From the NCBI GenBank assembly GCA_964106645.2, contig OZ067043.1: a stretch of 64,000 nt of DNA; one strand, 5' to 3'. The notes under the pieces are model-generated. The model searched no databases. It had not been told where the DNA came from and saw nothing but the letters and a program-made list of their open reading frames with translations. Position numbers and translations under genes: made by a program. How positions within the stretch are numbered: position 1 is the first letter of the stretch; each line of letters starts with the position of its first letter. Positions 1-13,435 of this stretch are shown one piece after another. This DNA is from Podarcis pityusensis. Lineage: Eukaryota.

Positions 1-337
1 GCTTGCAGGTACATGGACTGGCTTAGGATACAACAGACCCTTGGCTAGCTCAACTGCACCCACTCCCCACTCTGAAAACAGCTAATAGAACCTTGACTCC
101 TTCTGTTCTCTTTGAATGCATGAACACTAGGGACATCAGCATTTAATACACCAGTCTTCCCCCTCTGCATTCACCAGGAACTTCCAAGCAATAGAGTACA
201 GGATTAAGGCAATCAGGATGGGGCTGTGCAGACAGGAGTTATGCAGAGCTTGCTGAGATGGCGGGCAAGAGCTGAATAGGACTGCAGAAAGGAAGCAGCG
301 GATGCAGGTGAACCAGGCAATGAGTAGAAGCAACAGT

Positions 338-828
338 CATAGAATTACAGAATTGTAGAGTTGTAAGGGATGAGGGTCATCTGGTCCAAACATGGGTGGC
401 GCTGTGGGTTAAACCACAGAGCCTAGGGCTTGCTGATCAGAAGGTCAGCGGTTCGAATCCCCACGACGGGGTGAGCTCCCGTTGCTCAGTCCCTGCTCCT
501 GCCCACCTAGCAGTTCGAAAGCACGTCAAAGTGCAAGTAGATAAATAGGCAGGAAGGTAAACGGTGTTTCCGTGCGCTGCTCTGGTTCACCAGAAATGGC
601 TTAGTCATGCTGGCCACATGACCTGGAAGCTGTACGCCGGCTCCCTCGGCCAGTAAAGCGATACGAGCACCACAACCCCAGAGTCGTCCACGACTGGACC
701 TAATGATCAGGGGTCCCTTTACCTTTACCTAAGGGTCATCTGGTCCAAACTTTTGCCCAACGTGGGTCTCAAACCCACAACCCTGAGATTAAGAGTCCGA
801 TACTATACCAACAGAGCTATTCCAGCTC
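338..828 (-). mobile_element. tRNA-Lys(CTT)-derived SINE with CR1-like tail, interrupted by the Sauria SINE
   Basis: Reverse complement reads ATAGCTC...GACTCTTAATCTCAGGGTTGTGGGTTTGAG..., with an ATTCTRTG-type tail. Confidence 0.75.
392..731 (+). mobile_element. Sauria SINE (Squam1-type)
   Basis: GGGTGGCGCTGTGGGTTAAACC head, (ACCTTT)n tail, 19-bp TSD AGGGTCATCTGGTCCAAAC (373-391 / 732-750). Confidence 0.9.
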
Positions 829-1218
829 ATTTTCCAAAGTGATCTTAACCTGGTACCATGGAGGGGCAAGAGATCTGGGGCCAGTGCAGCTGGAGAAGAA
901 AGTAGATGTCATTACCCAAAAACCCACTCAGTCACTGTGCAGCCTTATGACTATGCTTCCATGCATATTCCCACCATTTGCTGGGCATCTTGCTTTCTCA
1001 GAAACTTAGCCGGGCTGTTCTTAGCACAAAGCACTTCCTGAATTGCTATGCATGTCCAGGCTCCCGCTAGGAAATCTTTTCACATCTAGAATGCCTCATT
1101 TTGGGCTTGCATATGAAGCCCACACTGCTAAAGAGAAAGATAAAAGAGGGGGGAAAGAGTGCAGTATTTTCTGTTCCCCTTCTTTCCACCAAACAAGTTT
1201 GTTTTGGTTATACATACG

Positions 1219-1653
1219 TGTAGTGGTTCTAGGGGTTCCTCGTGCGTAAGCCGGTGCAAACACCTGGCTGGGTTGCCTGAGTGAACCTTTTCTGTCCGGA
1301 CAGCCACTCACCCGTGGCTGTCTCAATCGCTGGCAGAATCCGTCAGTGGGCGTTTCTTAAACTTCTTCCAGCAAAGAAGCTCTTTGACGCCTAGTCTCCT
1401 CCTAATTTCTCTGCGTGAAAGCCTTCTGCGCAAGGAGGGCGTAGGCAGCGGAGGACCCCTACTCTCCCCGCTGGTCCCCGGCAAGGAGTCATGGGACCAC
1501 CTCGCCGCTTCCCCCATCTGCCCCGCTTCTCCACTGGTGCTACGCTGATTCTCTTCCCCAGAAGATGGGCTGCCTCTCCCAATCCCGGGACGCTCTCTGG
1601 AATCCCTCTGGATCTTGCTCTCTCCCTCCGGTACTGATGGCAGTTCCCTGACA
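1219..1653. mobile_element. Solo LTR (Gypsy/ERV-type)
   Basis: TG...CA termini, 435 bp, perfect 5-bp TSD ATACG (1214-1218 / 1654-1658). Confidence 0.75.
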
Positions 1654-2269
1654 ATACGCAAGGGCAAAAGGTACAAAAAGTCATAAAAGGAGCGAATAAT
1701 TTGTATCTCATTTAAGGGACTGTTCTTTCTTCAGTTGGACCACTTTAGTAAGTTTCAAAGCCTTGCATAAATTCTGTCACAAAGGTTTACTTAAGAGCCA
1801 AACTCATTTGCTTTAGCCGCAACGCACAACGGATTTTCTCCAGAACAGCCTAATTAAAGCAGTTGGGCCTGATCCAAAGTTAATGGGTTGCAATTCTATT
1901 GCAGCCTTTTCACCTGCACAGACACTGTATTTATGTGGTACTTACTCCATTGTAAATTTGGTAATTGCCATCTGTCCCTAGTGACGTTTTAGGCAGGCTG
2001 CAGTCAACCTCTGGCTGATCCTCTCTCACTTGTAGCAAATCCCCTTCCACTTTTGGCACAACACTCAAGAGAGTGGTACCTAATGAGTGTGATCCAAAGC
2101 TGTGCACATGAGCAGGACTCGCACCATCGACTCTGGAATGCAAGAGCCCCACAAGAACACAGATAGCATAACTGCCCATAAATGAGCATAGAGAAAGCTG
2201 TCAGTCCCGGCTGCCTTCCTCTTTGTTAGATCATCATGGCAATGTTTGAAACTAGCTCAAGTGATGTAA

Positions 2270-2410
2270 CTAAGACAGTTATGCCAAGTCAGACCATCGG
2301 TCCATTTAGGTCATGAACTGACAGTGGGTCTCCAGGGTCTCAGGCTGGATCCTATCTGAGTCCTACCTGCAGATGTCAGAAACTGAACATGGAACATTGC
2401 TCTTCCACTG
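2270..2410 (-). mobile_element. Degenerate Squam3-like SINE
   Basis: Reverse-complement similarity to the copies at 15.7 and 18.4 kb (AGTCAGACCATCGGTCCAT...TCTCCAGGGTCTCAGGC). Confidence 0.5.
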
Positions 2411-2860
2411 AATGACCCCAAATCTTAGTATTATGAGAGAGGAAGTGCAAGGGATGCTTCTCTCCACATTCTCCATGCCATGCACAATTCTACAAACACC
2501 TCTTGCATCTCCCACTTTATTATTATTATTATTAATAATAAACCTAAAGAGCCCCAAATGCTTTATCCCTTCCTTGCAGGGAAGTTGCTCCTGGGTCTCT
2601 TGTCCTGCAACTTTTCCAACTCTACAATGCTGACACTTGAACTTTGGGCTAAAAAATGTGGCACTGAGAATCTCCCCTTTTTATTAATTAAGTTTTTTAA
2701 CAACAACAACAAACAACAACAACTTGACCAAATATTTGGGAAATATCTGTGCACAGAATATTCAGGGCATGTGTGTTTACCACAAAATTTGCATGGGAGA
2801 ACTGTAAGCATGAACTTGTCCGAGCAATGTTGTACTAGAGTGCACAACAAGCTATGTTCG

Positions 2861-2995
2861 NNNNNNNNNNNNNNNNNNNNNNNNNNNNNNNNNNNNNNNN
2901 NNNNNNNNNNNNNNNNNNNNNNNNNNNNNNNNNNNNNNNNNNNNNNNNNNNNNNNNNNNNNNNNNNNNNNNNNNNNNNNNNNNNNNNNNNNNNNN
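2861..2995. other. Assembly gap (135 N)
   Basis: Run of N. Confidence 0.99.
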
Positions 2996-4106
2996 TGCAA
3001 GGTCATTTAACAAAAAAACTGAGGCAGCGCAATATGAGAGAAACAGAGGGAAACTTCTGAAACAGAAGCTCAGCTAGGAAGGGAGAGTAGGAATTATCCA
3101 CTGCCCAGGCTAATGGGAGAGAATCAGCTGGCAGATGAGACACTGGTATGATATGGACAAGGGCCAATTGGCAAAGTTCCTAAGAAAAGGTTGTTTCCTA
3201 TACACAGGAAAGTGAAATGTAATTTGGCAGAGATTTATGAAAATTTTGATTTTAAATGGGGCTCACTTCAACAGTTCCAAAGCAAATGAATATTTGGGGA
3301 ATGTGGACCCCTATCGTACAAAACAATTTTTTGTTTGGTTTTTAAACTAGCTGAGGGTACATAAGGGTAAAAAAAGGTAAAAGACCCCTGGATGGTTAAA
3401 TCCAGACAAATTCAACTATGGGGTGCTGTTGGAAATGCTATTGGTTTTGTCATCATTCCAAAATCCAAAGCAACATGCTTCTCTTTCAGTCCTCATCCCT
3501 TCCTGAAATTGGCACTCTTCATCACTGGGCATGGAAAACAGAAAAAGAGTAGCTGATAGATTTTCCTTTCCTTTCCTCCCCCTTTTACATGTGTGATGTA
3601 AAAAGTAACTATCAATTTTGATTCTGAAAGCGTGCTCATGTTTAGGAATATGGATGAGAAATTAGCATTTTCCTGAGCATTAATGATTACTGCTGCTTGC
3701 TGCTGAACACACATTCAGTAATATGCAGTTTCAAGCTGATGACTCACAGCCCCAGTCTCAAAGCTTTATCGAGCACAAGAGTAGTTCAGTGCAACACAGG
3801 TGATTCATTAACATAATCGTGGGGCTACAAATAAAACAAATGGTGGTTAAATCCCTTAAGTGTTCGCAGATATACAGTATTTTTGTATTATTGTGCCAAA
3901 TGGGAGGAAACAGAGCTAATTCAACAGCTACATTGCAAGAGTCAGGGTTGCGACGTTTCCAAGCTTGCTGTCATGTACTTAATGCAACGTCTTCTGCCTC
4001 TACACAAAATATATGGTATTTCAAGTCACTTTGGCGAAGCTGAATCCAGTTTTCTTTCTTTTCAGAACAGAATGCCCAAGTTTACAATTGACATTTCGTT
4101 AAATTT

Positions 4107-5254
4107 GGGGGGCCACTAGGGGCGCATTGGAAGATGGCCAACAATACCATCTCTCCGACCCACACGGGGTAATTAAGAGGCTGTTATGGGAGTAGGCAGC
4201 CTCCCTTGTTGCCCCAAGGGAATGGGGAACACTGCCCTTGCCTGCTGTGCCCATAAATCACCTCCAAATTCGAAAGAAGGGGGTGAGGGCACTAGGCAGA
4301 ATGCCCCCGTGTGGACCTCGGCTCTCCTGGACGCTGTCTCTGATCGCGCACTAGCTGCAGCAATTTGGAATAATTAATTACAAAAGAAGCAAATACACAT
4401 ATTTCAAGTGAAAAAGGGGAGTGAAGACTGCTAATTTAAGGGACCTCTGCGAAAGAGGACGATGGGTTGGAGCAACAGGAATAATTTACGATGAAGATAC
4501 ACCAAAGGCTGGGTATGTCGGCAACGGGACTAAATGGGGGGGGGGTACCTTTTTTACTTTCCTTCTATGTGATTTACCAAGAACCCCTCCTCATTAGAAC
4601 CGTCGGTTTAACTGACCCAAGCAGGATGATTAAGGTCTGTGTGGAGATAAACTTTAACCAAAAGTATGCTTTATGGAGATCGAGAAGCAATAAGAGCTTT
4701 TGGAATGGCGCAGCAATTAATTCAGAGTCGCCATCTTGCCAAAGGATTTATAGCCGGGAGGAGGAATGGACTTGTTTTCAGACTGCATTCCTGGTGAATC
4801 TCCTCAGAGGTTTGAGGAAGGAGGCAGATTGGTGAAGATTAATGACGCTAAGACTGTTTTGATGTATGGAAGTGATGTTATATGGAAAACGTCTGGATAT
4901 GCTACTGGATAAAAAAAATAATAATATCCACGCAGGATTACAAACTGTTTTAACCAGCTTGTGGAGACTATCAGAGGTCACAAAGAGAAAGGAAAAATAT
5001 ATGAAAATAACAACAAGAGATGTGGAAAAACAATAAGAAAGGACTGGATAGTACTGTGAACATCATATGGTTAGATTTGTGGACATTAAAACAGCAGCAA
5101 GAAGCAAGAAGTTGATTGGATCACCTTCGGAACTTGAAATATGGGTACCCCCAACAAAAATTTAAAATTTGGCTGTGTAATTTGGAATTTATGTAATTTG
5201 GTTTGATTTGATGTGATTGGTCGGTTAATAAAAAATTATTCTTAAAAAAAAAAA
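4107..5254 (+). mobile_element. Non-coding poly(A)-tailed L1-like retroposon
   Basis: G-run start, AAGATGGCC motif at 4131, AATAAA at 5227 plus A-tail, 17-bp TSD with 1 mismatch (4090-4106 / 5255-5271). Confidence 0.7.
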
Positions 5255-6081
5255 GACATTTTGTTAAATTTACTGCCGTAGTCTGATGACGTAAGCCCTT
5301 GATTTTCATTTAATATATATCCCCACCTCCACTGCCTTTATGGGAGAGAAAAGGGGATACAGATTTTTGTTCCTAATTCTGAGCCATGATTTTTGAAAGT
5401 GTGGCACTGGGACAGATGGAGATGCACCCCCTGCAACTAAAGGCAGGTTGGTGGGGGGCATAAGCAGCTAAGGGGAGATGGAATGCAGCATGTAAACAAC
5501 ACTTTTCCTAAATCATCTTCTCAGCTGAATCACATAATCAGACTAACCCACATGGCTTTTTTAAAGTCATCTTTTAAACTGTGCACAGTGTATCTAAAAG
5601 GATAGCACCACCATCCTTCATAAAAGTGTCCCCCAATAACATTTTTCTCACACTCCAGTTTATACAAGATCACACCTTATGAATATGGATCTAGCCTGTC
5701 ATTCTAGTTACTTAGTAGAGCTTAGAATGATCAATTCACTTATAGATTATCTGTTAAAAGTATGTTAAAAAAAATATATCCCTACGTGGGTGAACTTAAT
5801 TATAAGCACAACGGGATGATTAATAGAAAGCTAAATTAAGACCAAGGGGAATTCAAAAGACCATGTTGGGCTTTTGTTGGGCTTCCAACAAGCTCCTCTG
5901 TTGACTGCTGTTCACCTTCTTGTATACCTCACTGTTCTCTGGAGCTGCCCCCTGGCTGAAGATCTGTAGAATGGACAACCACACGCCTATGTTTTTCCTT
6001 TGTGCATCAGGTTGCCTACTAGGGGCAATTGCAGACTGCCACTATATTGCAGGTAAGATTCAATCGCATACTGTTGCATCT

Positions 6082-6436
6082 AGGTAAAGGTAAAGGGACC
6101 CCTGACCATTAGGTCCAGTCGTGGCCGACTCTGGGGTTGCAGCGCTCATCTCACTTTATTGGCCTAGGGAGCCGGCATACAGCTTCTGGGTCATGTGGCC
6201 AGCATGACTAAGCCGCTTTTGGTGAACCAGAGCAGCGCACGGAAACGCCGTTTACCTTCCTGCCGGAGCAGTACCTATTTATCTACTTGCACTTTGACGT
6301 GCTTTCGAACTGCTAGGTTGGCTGGAGCAGGGACTGAGCAACGGGAGCTCACCCTGTCGCGTGGATTCGAACCGCCAACCTTCTGTTCGGCAAGTCCTAG
6401 GCTCTGTGGTTTAACCCACAGCGCCACCCGTGTCCC
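6082..6436 (-). mobile_element. Sauria SINE
   Basis: GGTAAAGGTAAAGGGACCCCTGACC...CACAGCGCCACCCGTGTCCC. Confidence 0.9.
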
Positions 6437-7977
6437 TCATAAAAGAGTACCAGACTGCAAAATAAAATAAAAATAAAAATAAATCCTTTCGTTTTGCTTT
6501 CCCCTTTAAAAGTAAAAAAAGCCAGTTTTTCTGCCATGAAGACATTCCAGATTCTACGGAGCCATCCTTCAAATGTAAAGTTTCTCCCAGTTCCCAGTGC
6601 TTAGCTATATCTCTAGTCTAACTGCCATTAGTTCTTGCTCCTTCCTAAGCAGGATTAAGAAATTGCAAATCTTGAAGGTTTTCCTGCAATGCAGCAGTCT
6701 TAAGATCTTTCTATAGTGTGGCTCTGCAGACTTTAGAAAAAAACACCACCACCCATATCTGTCGCAGAACAAGTGGTTCAAAAATCCCCCCTCCCCACCC
6801 ACTCTCCTCCCTTGCATAACCTCACAGTTCATTACTAGGAAGGTAGAGAATGGAACATCCCCCCCACCCCAACCCCCGCAAGGGGAAAAAAAAAGTCAAA
6901 TGTCAAAAGGACATGCTGTTTTCCAGAATGGAAACTCCAAGAGTTGGACTGAAATAATTGAAAAGTTGCTGAAACAGGAGACTTGCAGTTAATCCTGAAG
7001 ATGGAGCTAAACCTTCCTGGAAAAGCTACTGCACTTGGTATTCTGCACTGTGGTAAACCAGAGTATTCAAGGGTCATTACTAATTACCATAACATCCCAC
7101 CACTTACTGTGTCATGCGCACAACCCATTCAACAAAAGCCACACTTAAAGGCAGAATGTTTAGCTTTAAGTTTTAAGTAGTTTGAAATACATTTTCCAAC
7201 CACCAGTTCATTGCGAGTTGTTTTTTCCGCAAACTACCTTCCAGTCCAACACTAAAAATAAAAAATATATATAAATACCCCAATCGGCCACCTTATATAA
7301 TTTCAGGTTGGATAAGAAAGGACCTGTGCTTTGACTGTTACATACATTTTTTATTTATTTAAATAAGACATTTCATTCAGCTTGCTACTTCCCAATCTAA
7401 GGACATGCTTCTTTATTCCACTTTCCACAATTTTGGTTTTCTCTGGTTATGAAAACAGCTCTTCGGAATAGTGTTAGAACTAACGTTAGCTAACCAGTTA
7501 CCAGTTAGGACCAAGCTAGTAGTACAGGAGCTTGCATTCATCCTGCGCAGCAAAGTCATTTCCGATTAACCAGCCAAACTAGGCTATATATTCTGGTGTG
7601 CACACCTCTTTACCAAAATATTTCTACCACCACCTTATGCACCCATTCAAGGGAAGTGCAGCCCCACCCACCCCCACCGCGCCTCCCTTGCCACAGCGTC
7701 TCTTATTTAGGTTGTGCGGCAGCAGCAGCTTCCAGTGAGATCTCATGAGGTTTGGGTGAGATCTCACCAGAATTAGGCACCAGTGCTGGCACCGCTTCTC
7801 CATCAACTGCAGAGGCGGTGGGGTGTCTCAGGGTGGGGTGGGGCAGGTCTTCTACCTCCTGAGCAGGCTGCTTCGCCCCGTCTCATGGGTGGGCATAAGT
7901 TGGGCATAAGAAGCCAAATTCTGGAACAGGCCAAATTCTGATCTAGTCCAACATTCTGTTCTCATAGTGGCCACCCA

Positions 7978-7980
<3 letters not shown>

Positions 7981-8018
<38 letters not shown>

Positions 8019-8135
8019 TTATACCCCACCCATCTGGCTCAGTTTCCCCAGCCACTCTGCGCAGCCTACAGCATATACGAAAACACAGTAAAACATCAAA
8101 CATTAAAAACTTCCTGACTGAGCTGCATTCAACAC
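7981..8135 (-). mobile_element. L2-clade LINE 3' end with (TAT)n tail
   Basis: (TAT)n followed by ATACCCCACCCATCTGGCT...CCCCAGCCACTCTG, the same terminus as the 16.1-16.5 kb copy. Confidence 0.7.
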
Positions 8136-8228
8136 AGCACTCCACTCTCCTCCCCCACCCACAAGCCCCTAAATCTCCAGGGCAGATTTTGGGACAGCAC
8201 AGAGTATTCTCGTGGTCCCCAAACAGAA

Positions 8229-8695
8229 CGTAAGAGTCTCTGAGATAGGCTTTCCTGGAGACAGATTCAGCACACAAAGTTAGGTCCGTTTCGAGGGTTG
8301 GGCCAACAGCAATCCACATAGTCAGACAACCCGGAGGGGTCAGGAATCTGATGATCATGAAGCCAAGGGTCCAGATGGGAAACAGGAAGCAGCACGGTAG
8401 GGCTAGGAACCACAGGCGTTGTTTCCAGCATCTGACTGTTGCTGAGAGCTCTATTTAAAGTTGAAGCCAGCTTGGTTCTCATCAGTGCCTTCTTCTCAGT
8501 GTCCTTGAAGGCTGATCAGCTGCAGGTGGTCCCTCTGCCTTCTCCCGCTTCAGGCTGCAGTTCAGCAGGTGAAGCTGACTCTTGGCCCATGACAAGTATA
8601 TGCAGGGGGTGGGAATCGCTCTGTAGTATCGCTAGCCCTTGCACTGCTGCAGGAACTTAGTTAAATACCACCCAATCTTCCCATACAATGTGACA
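8229..8695. mobile_element. Probable solo LTR
   Basis: About 467 bp, (C/T)GTAAG...TGACA termini, degenerate TSD. Confidence 0.45.
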
Positions 8696-9497
8696 CGGCA
8701 AATGAGCAGAGTATGCCCAACTGACTGATCCTTGCAATACTTTCACCACTTAACATGGGGCTAGGGAACCTGTGGCCTTGGAGAAACCCTCACATGCCAA
8801 CTTCCCTTAGCCCCAGCTAGCGTTGCCAAAGGTCAGGGGGTTGAATCCAGCATCTGGAGAGCTACAGGTTTCTCAGCTCTGTCTTGAAAGATGCAAGCAC
8901 AGTATATTTGTGAAGACATGTGTGTCCAAGTTCTCATTAAACACAGAGAGAAACAGCGGTTGCATCTGGCTTGATCATAACATTGCTTAATAGACGGAGA
9001 TACGAATGAGCCTCCTGCGCCTGCATGTGCCCTTTGTGCAAGTGAGAAAACAAGCCTGGAAGCTGCAATTGATCATAGCTTCCTGCTACATCCAAACCAG
9101 GAAACTGTGGTTAATGACTTCCACACAAGCCAGGATATTAAGCCAACTTGAAATCATGACTTTATATCCTGCCTTGTATGGAAGCCATTAACTGTAATGT
9201 GGGTGCGGGAGGCTCATCGTATCTCCGTTTAACGGGCAGCCATTGTTCATTTTTGCTTTCTGGCGTGTTTACCTGCCCAAATGAAGGGGAGGAGCAAAAC
9301 CATTGTATGCGGTTGCATGAAGCTCATTTGTATTTTGGCTTATCAAGCTGAAATACGATCATCCAAATGCTGCCAGTGGGAAGAGTGTGCAAGCTCAATG
9401 TGACAGCCCAATTCGTTATCCATTAGGCATATGCCCAGTGTCAGGGGGACAATCTGTCCTAAACACTATGCTATGTATTTGCAAAATGGGTGGTTGG

Positions 9498-9942
9498 TGT
9501 TAGGAGCTCGTCCTACTCTCGAGTAGGACCCTGGCAGAGACACACGCCCGACTAGCATGTTCCCTCCCTCCTGGTCGATCGTTCGGGAGCTTCAAAAGCT
9601 TTCTTCTGCCCGAACATCACAGCGACTGATGCCAACAGACATCGGCACACTTAGAGATCCGCAGAGTCTTCACAGTTGCATAACAGACCTCAGCAACTCA
9701 GCATTTTGGCTAATCTACTTTATTTACATATAAACACACACGGTGCACTGCAACATGGCTCCCTCTCTCTCTAGCATCAGACAGCAAAGAGAAAAAGAAC
9801 AAAGGACAATAGTCCCACTTCACGGAACACAGTACACAAACATCCTGTCTCCGTCACTTCCCACTCTGTGGAGTCAAAACATACACTGTCATGTGATAGA
9901 CAAAAATCCCATGACTGCAATCACGGAGCAGGAATTCTAACA
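9498..9942 (-). mobile_element. Solo LTR (ERV-like)
   Basis: TGTTAG...CTAACA inverted termini, 5-bp TSD GTTGG/GTGGG, AATAAA on the minus strand near 9720. Confidence 0.65.
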
Positions 9943-10311
9943 GTGGGATGGGCTGGTGGGCAAAGGAGACACTGAGGCACCATGCAGAAAGTGGTGACGT
10001 GGAGTGTAATCCAATAGGTGGATTCTCAGTCAAGAGAAGAATTCCATTTGTGAGTCATCTTGGAGAAATATCTTGACAACCACAAACTTTAGATGGCAAA
10101 TGGAATAGAGTATCTGTTTGTGGCCACATTCCTCTCCAAAGTCACTTTGTCATTGCCACTAGTATGAGAGACAACAGAGCACGCCTGTCCAAACAAGGTT
10201 ATGTGCTGAGACCCAAAGAGTTATTTTTAAATACTTGTGCACAAATACCAAACTTCATGTGCTGGACGGGCACCTGCCACCTCCTCCTCAACTGTGTCCA
10301 CCTCCCATTTA

Positions 10312-10937
10312 GAGTGGTACCTTGGTTCTCAAACAACTTGGTTCTCAAATGCCGAAAACCCAGAAGTGTTCCAGTTTTCAAACGAATTTCGGAAACCGAA
10401 CATCGGATGCGGCTGTCAGCACCTGCACCAATCAGAAGCTGCGCCTTGGTTTTCGAACATTTCGGAAGTCAAACAGGCTTCTGGAACGGATTAAGTTTGG
10501 TGCTTTTGTTTTTGCCATTTATTTTGCATTTTTGTTTTTGAGGCTTTTTCGGTCAATTTGTTTTTGTGACTGTGTGGAACCCAGTTCAGCGACTGATTAA
10601 TTGATTGATTGTGTGACTGTGGAAATGGATAAAAGCCCCCCATCCAAACAGTGACTATCATCAGTGCAGCTAAGAAAAAAAATTACTTTCAATTTTTATC
10701 ATCTACAATACTGTTTTATTTATTTTATAGTACAGTACATTGATTATTGCTTTCATTTCATGGCTCAATGGTCTCATTAGATAGTAAAATTCATGTTAAA
10801 TTGCTGTTTTAGGGGTTGTTTTCAAAAGTCTGGAATGGATTGATCCGTTTTGCATTACTTTCTATGGGAAAGCGCACCTTGGTTTTGGAATGCTTTGGTT
10901 TTGGAACGGATTAAGTTTGAGAACCAAGGTACCACTG
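10312..10937. mobile_element. Tc1/mariner (pogo/Tigger-like) MITE
   Basis: TIR (C)AGTGGTACCTTGGTTCTCAAAC / GTTTGAGAACCAAGGTACCACTG, TA flanks. Confidence 0.8.
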
Positions 10938-12489
10938 TACTTGACTCTGCCAGGCTCCATCAGCACCAACTCCTAGAGGAAGAAGGCAAGGTTGGTGGAG
11001 ATTATTGTTCCTCCTCCTCGCTCCTCCTACTGCTCTCTTGCTCAGAGAGGGCAGGTGAACAGGCAACAAAAACAAGGAGGGGGACCAAAAGAGCCAGGAG
11101 GCTCCAAGAATTGGCAGTGCCCCCCCCCTTTTAGAGGCACCTCAGCCTGGAGATCAAACGCAGCCTCCCCAGAAGTCTCCTCAGGCCACACCTTTTCTCC
11201 TCAGCCTACACTCTTGTTAATAAGTGCATCTGCCTTGAAATGGTGTATTATAGAAAAGTGCACAAATGAGGGGGGAAATTGTATGCGAACTCAAGTGTAC
11301 TTTGGGAAAAGACAGATTGTCTCAATCAACAAATGGCAGACAAATCGTGTAATAGTTAAACTAAACTTTAGCAGAACGTATGCCGGAAATAAACTGTTTC
11401 CAGCCCTGCCTTGTCATATAGCACAACTCAACAATCCAAAATTGAATCCTGACCTACACAAAAAAGGTGTGTGGCTTGACTATTCATCTTTTCACCATTT
11501 ACTGCAAAATTACTCCTTTCAGTACATAAATTAGCCCATTAATTTTTTTTCACACCTCCCTCCCCCCTTTTGTTTATATATTTACATTTTTAATCCATTT
11601 AAAACATGTATATACTGCATATACAACATATTCTATATAAAATTCAACAACAAATTAGTTAGTATAAAACAGTAATCCACTCTGACAGGTTACATCTTAT
11701 GCTTTTTGTTTCTCAGGGTTCAGAAATGAACCCATTCCCCTTGCCATCCAAATTGTGATAATTTGGTATGGAGCACCCCTGTATCTCTGATCTGACCAAA
11801 TCTCCAAATCGATACCCATAGCTTTAGAAAAACAGGCAGAGGGTGTTGCTTGGGTAAAAGGAAAGCAACACAGTCACCAAATGACCCATGCAGTGTGCTG
11901 AATAGATAATTGGAGGGTGTCTTCTCACATTTTGTACTCAAGTAAAAATATACCAGTACAAAATATGTGTTCTCCACAACAGTTGCCAAGGGCACACAAG
12001 CATTTTTCCATTTGAAATACACAGAAGTTGCCTCCAGCTTTCTGATTCCAGCATACTTGTAAGTCTTGGTTGCATTGATCTATGTGGGGCTCTGATATTT
12101 TGTGTGGATCGGCACTGGCAGGTGATAGAGGCCTTATGAAACAGCTTTCTATCTTAGATGAACATTATCCATCTTATTACTCAGGACACGTGCCATGTCT
12201 CCTCAGACAACCACAATGGTTTCCCATTCCCTTCCACACCAGCGCTTTGCCTCAGACTTTTTTACTGTCACTTATTTTCTGTTATATCTATGGCCTCAGG
12301 TCACCAACTCTGCCAACCTCAGTTGTCCAACTACCTCAGCCTTGTCTCTTTCTCTGTACTTAGAATTACATCCCAGAACATCTACGGAGATACATCTCTC
12401 TTGTTTAAAATTCCTCCTCAAATCCTACCTCTTCCAGGAAGGATCTGACTTAACCATTGAACCCTCACTACCCCAACTGAAACAAAACG

Positions 12490-12635
12490 TGGATAGCTCA
12501 GCCGGTAGAGTGTGAGACTCTTAATCTCAGGGCGGTGGGTTCGAGTCCCATGTTGGGCAAAAGATTCCCGCATTGCAGGGGGCTGGACTAGATGACCCCC
12601 GCGGTACCTTCCAGCTCTATAGTTCTATTCTGTGA
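12490..12635 (+). mobile_element. tRNA-Lys(CTT)-derived SINE with CR1-like tail
   Basis: GATAGCTCAGCCGGTAGAG...GACTCTTAATCTCAGGGCGGTGGGTTCGAG head continues into GGACTAGATGACC...TTCCAGCTCT. Confidence 0.8.
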
Positions 12636-12799
12636 TCTGTACTGATTCACATGGTGAAAACACAGCTAGTAGTTTACTGTGAATGCACCAAACTGGGTTC
12701 TTTTGCACCTCCCTGATAGTATGCAGGAGAAACAAACCATGATCCCTGGCTTAGCATTGTGTCCAAATGAGGAATTGTGGTTTGCTTTGCTTAAAAAAA

Positions 12800-13105
12800 A
12801 ACTCCATGATGATAAACTATGGAACTCACTCCCACAGGAGACGATGGTGGCCACCAACTTGGTTGGTTTTAAAATAGAATTAGACAGATTCATGGAGAAT
12901 AAGCCTATCAATGGCTACTAGCCAACTGGGCAACGCTCTGTCTCCATGCCCATATATTTCTGAACACCACTTGCTGGAAACCACGGGGGGGGGGAATGCT
13001 CTTGTGTTTGGCTCTTGCTTGTGGGCATCTGCTTGGCCAATGTGGAAGCAGGATGCTGGACAAAATGGGTCATTGGTCTGATCCAGCAGGCTCCTCTACA
13101 CATCT
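12800..13105 (+). mobile_element. CR1 LINE 3' fragment
   Basis: Translates as LWNSLPQETMVATNLVGFKIELDRFM, a CR1 ORF2 C-terminal motif, followed by 3'UTR. Confidence 0.7.
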
Positions 13106-13435
13106 TACTTGCTAGAACTGAAGGTGGCAATTAGGAGATGTATGGAAATCTTTAAATTTCAGTACGGCTGGAATTTAGCCTACTGTACAAAGCAAGAGTC
13201 ACATCCATCCATTCCTCTTCCCACTTTTGTCCTTGCCCGTCACTGGCCTATGGATTGTTCTGAGAAGGGTTCCCCACCATGCTGTGTAAATGCTACACTT
13301 GCTTCTCCATCCCTCCCTTCAGTTCATCCCCTTAGTTTTCTTCTCCACTATCCAATTTCTGTGTACATTGATGATGTGTCTTATTAATGATTCTTAATCA
13401 ATTAAAAAAAACCAAACACTTTATCAAGAAGAGTA

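Noticed and set aside
4113-4125. CTCF-like CCACTAGGGGCGC
   Set aside because: One base short of the core consensus spacing; not supportable without ChIP data.
6195-6470. Recurrent MTKPLLVNQSS...RTARLAGAGTEQRELT ORFs
   Set aside because: Antisense translation of Sauria SINE copies.
12490-12560. tRNA-Lys(CTT) gene look-alike (also at 16593, 38659, 50650 and about 760-825)
   Set aside because: Acceptor stems are broken and each continues into a shared SINE body/CR1-like tail; these are SINE heads, not tRNA genes.
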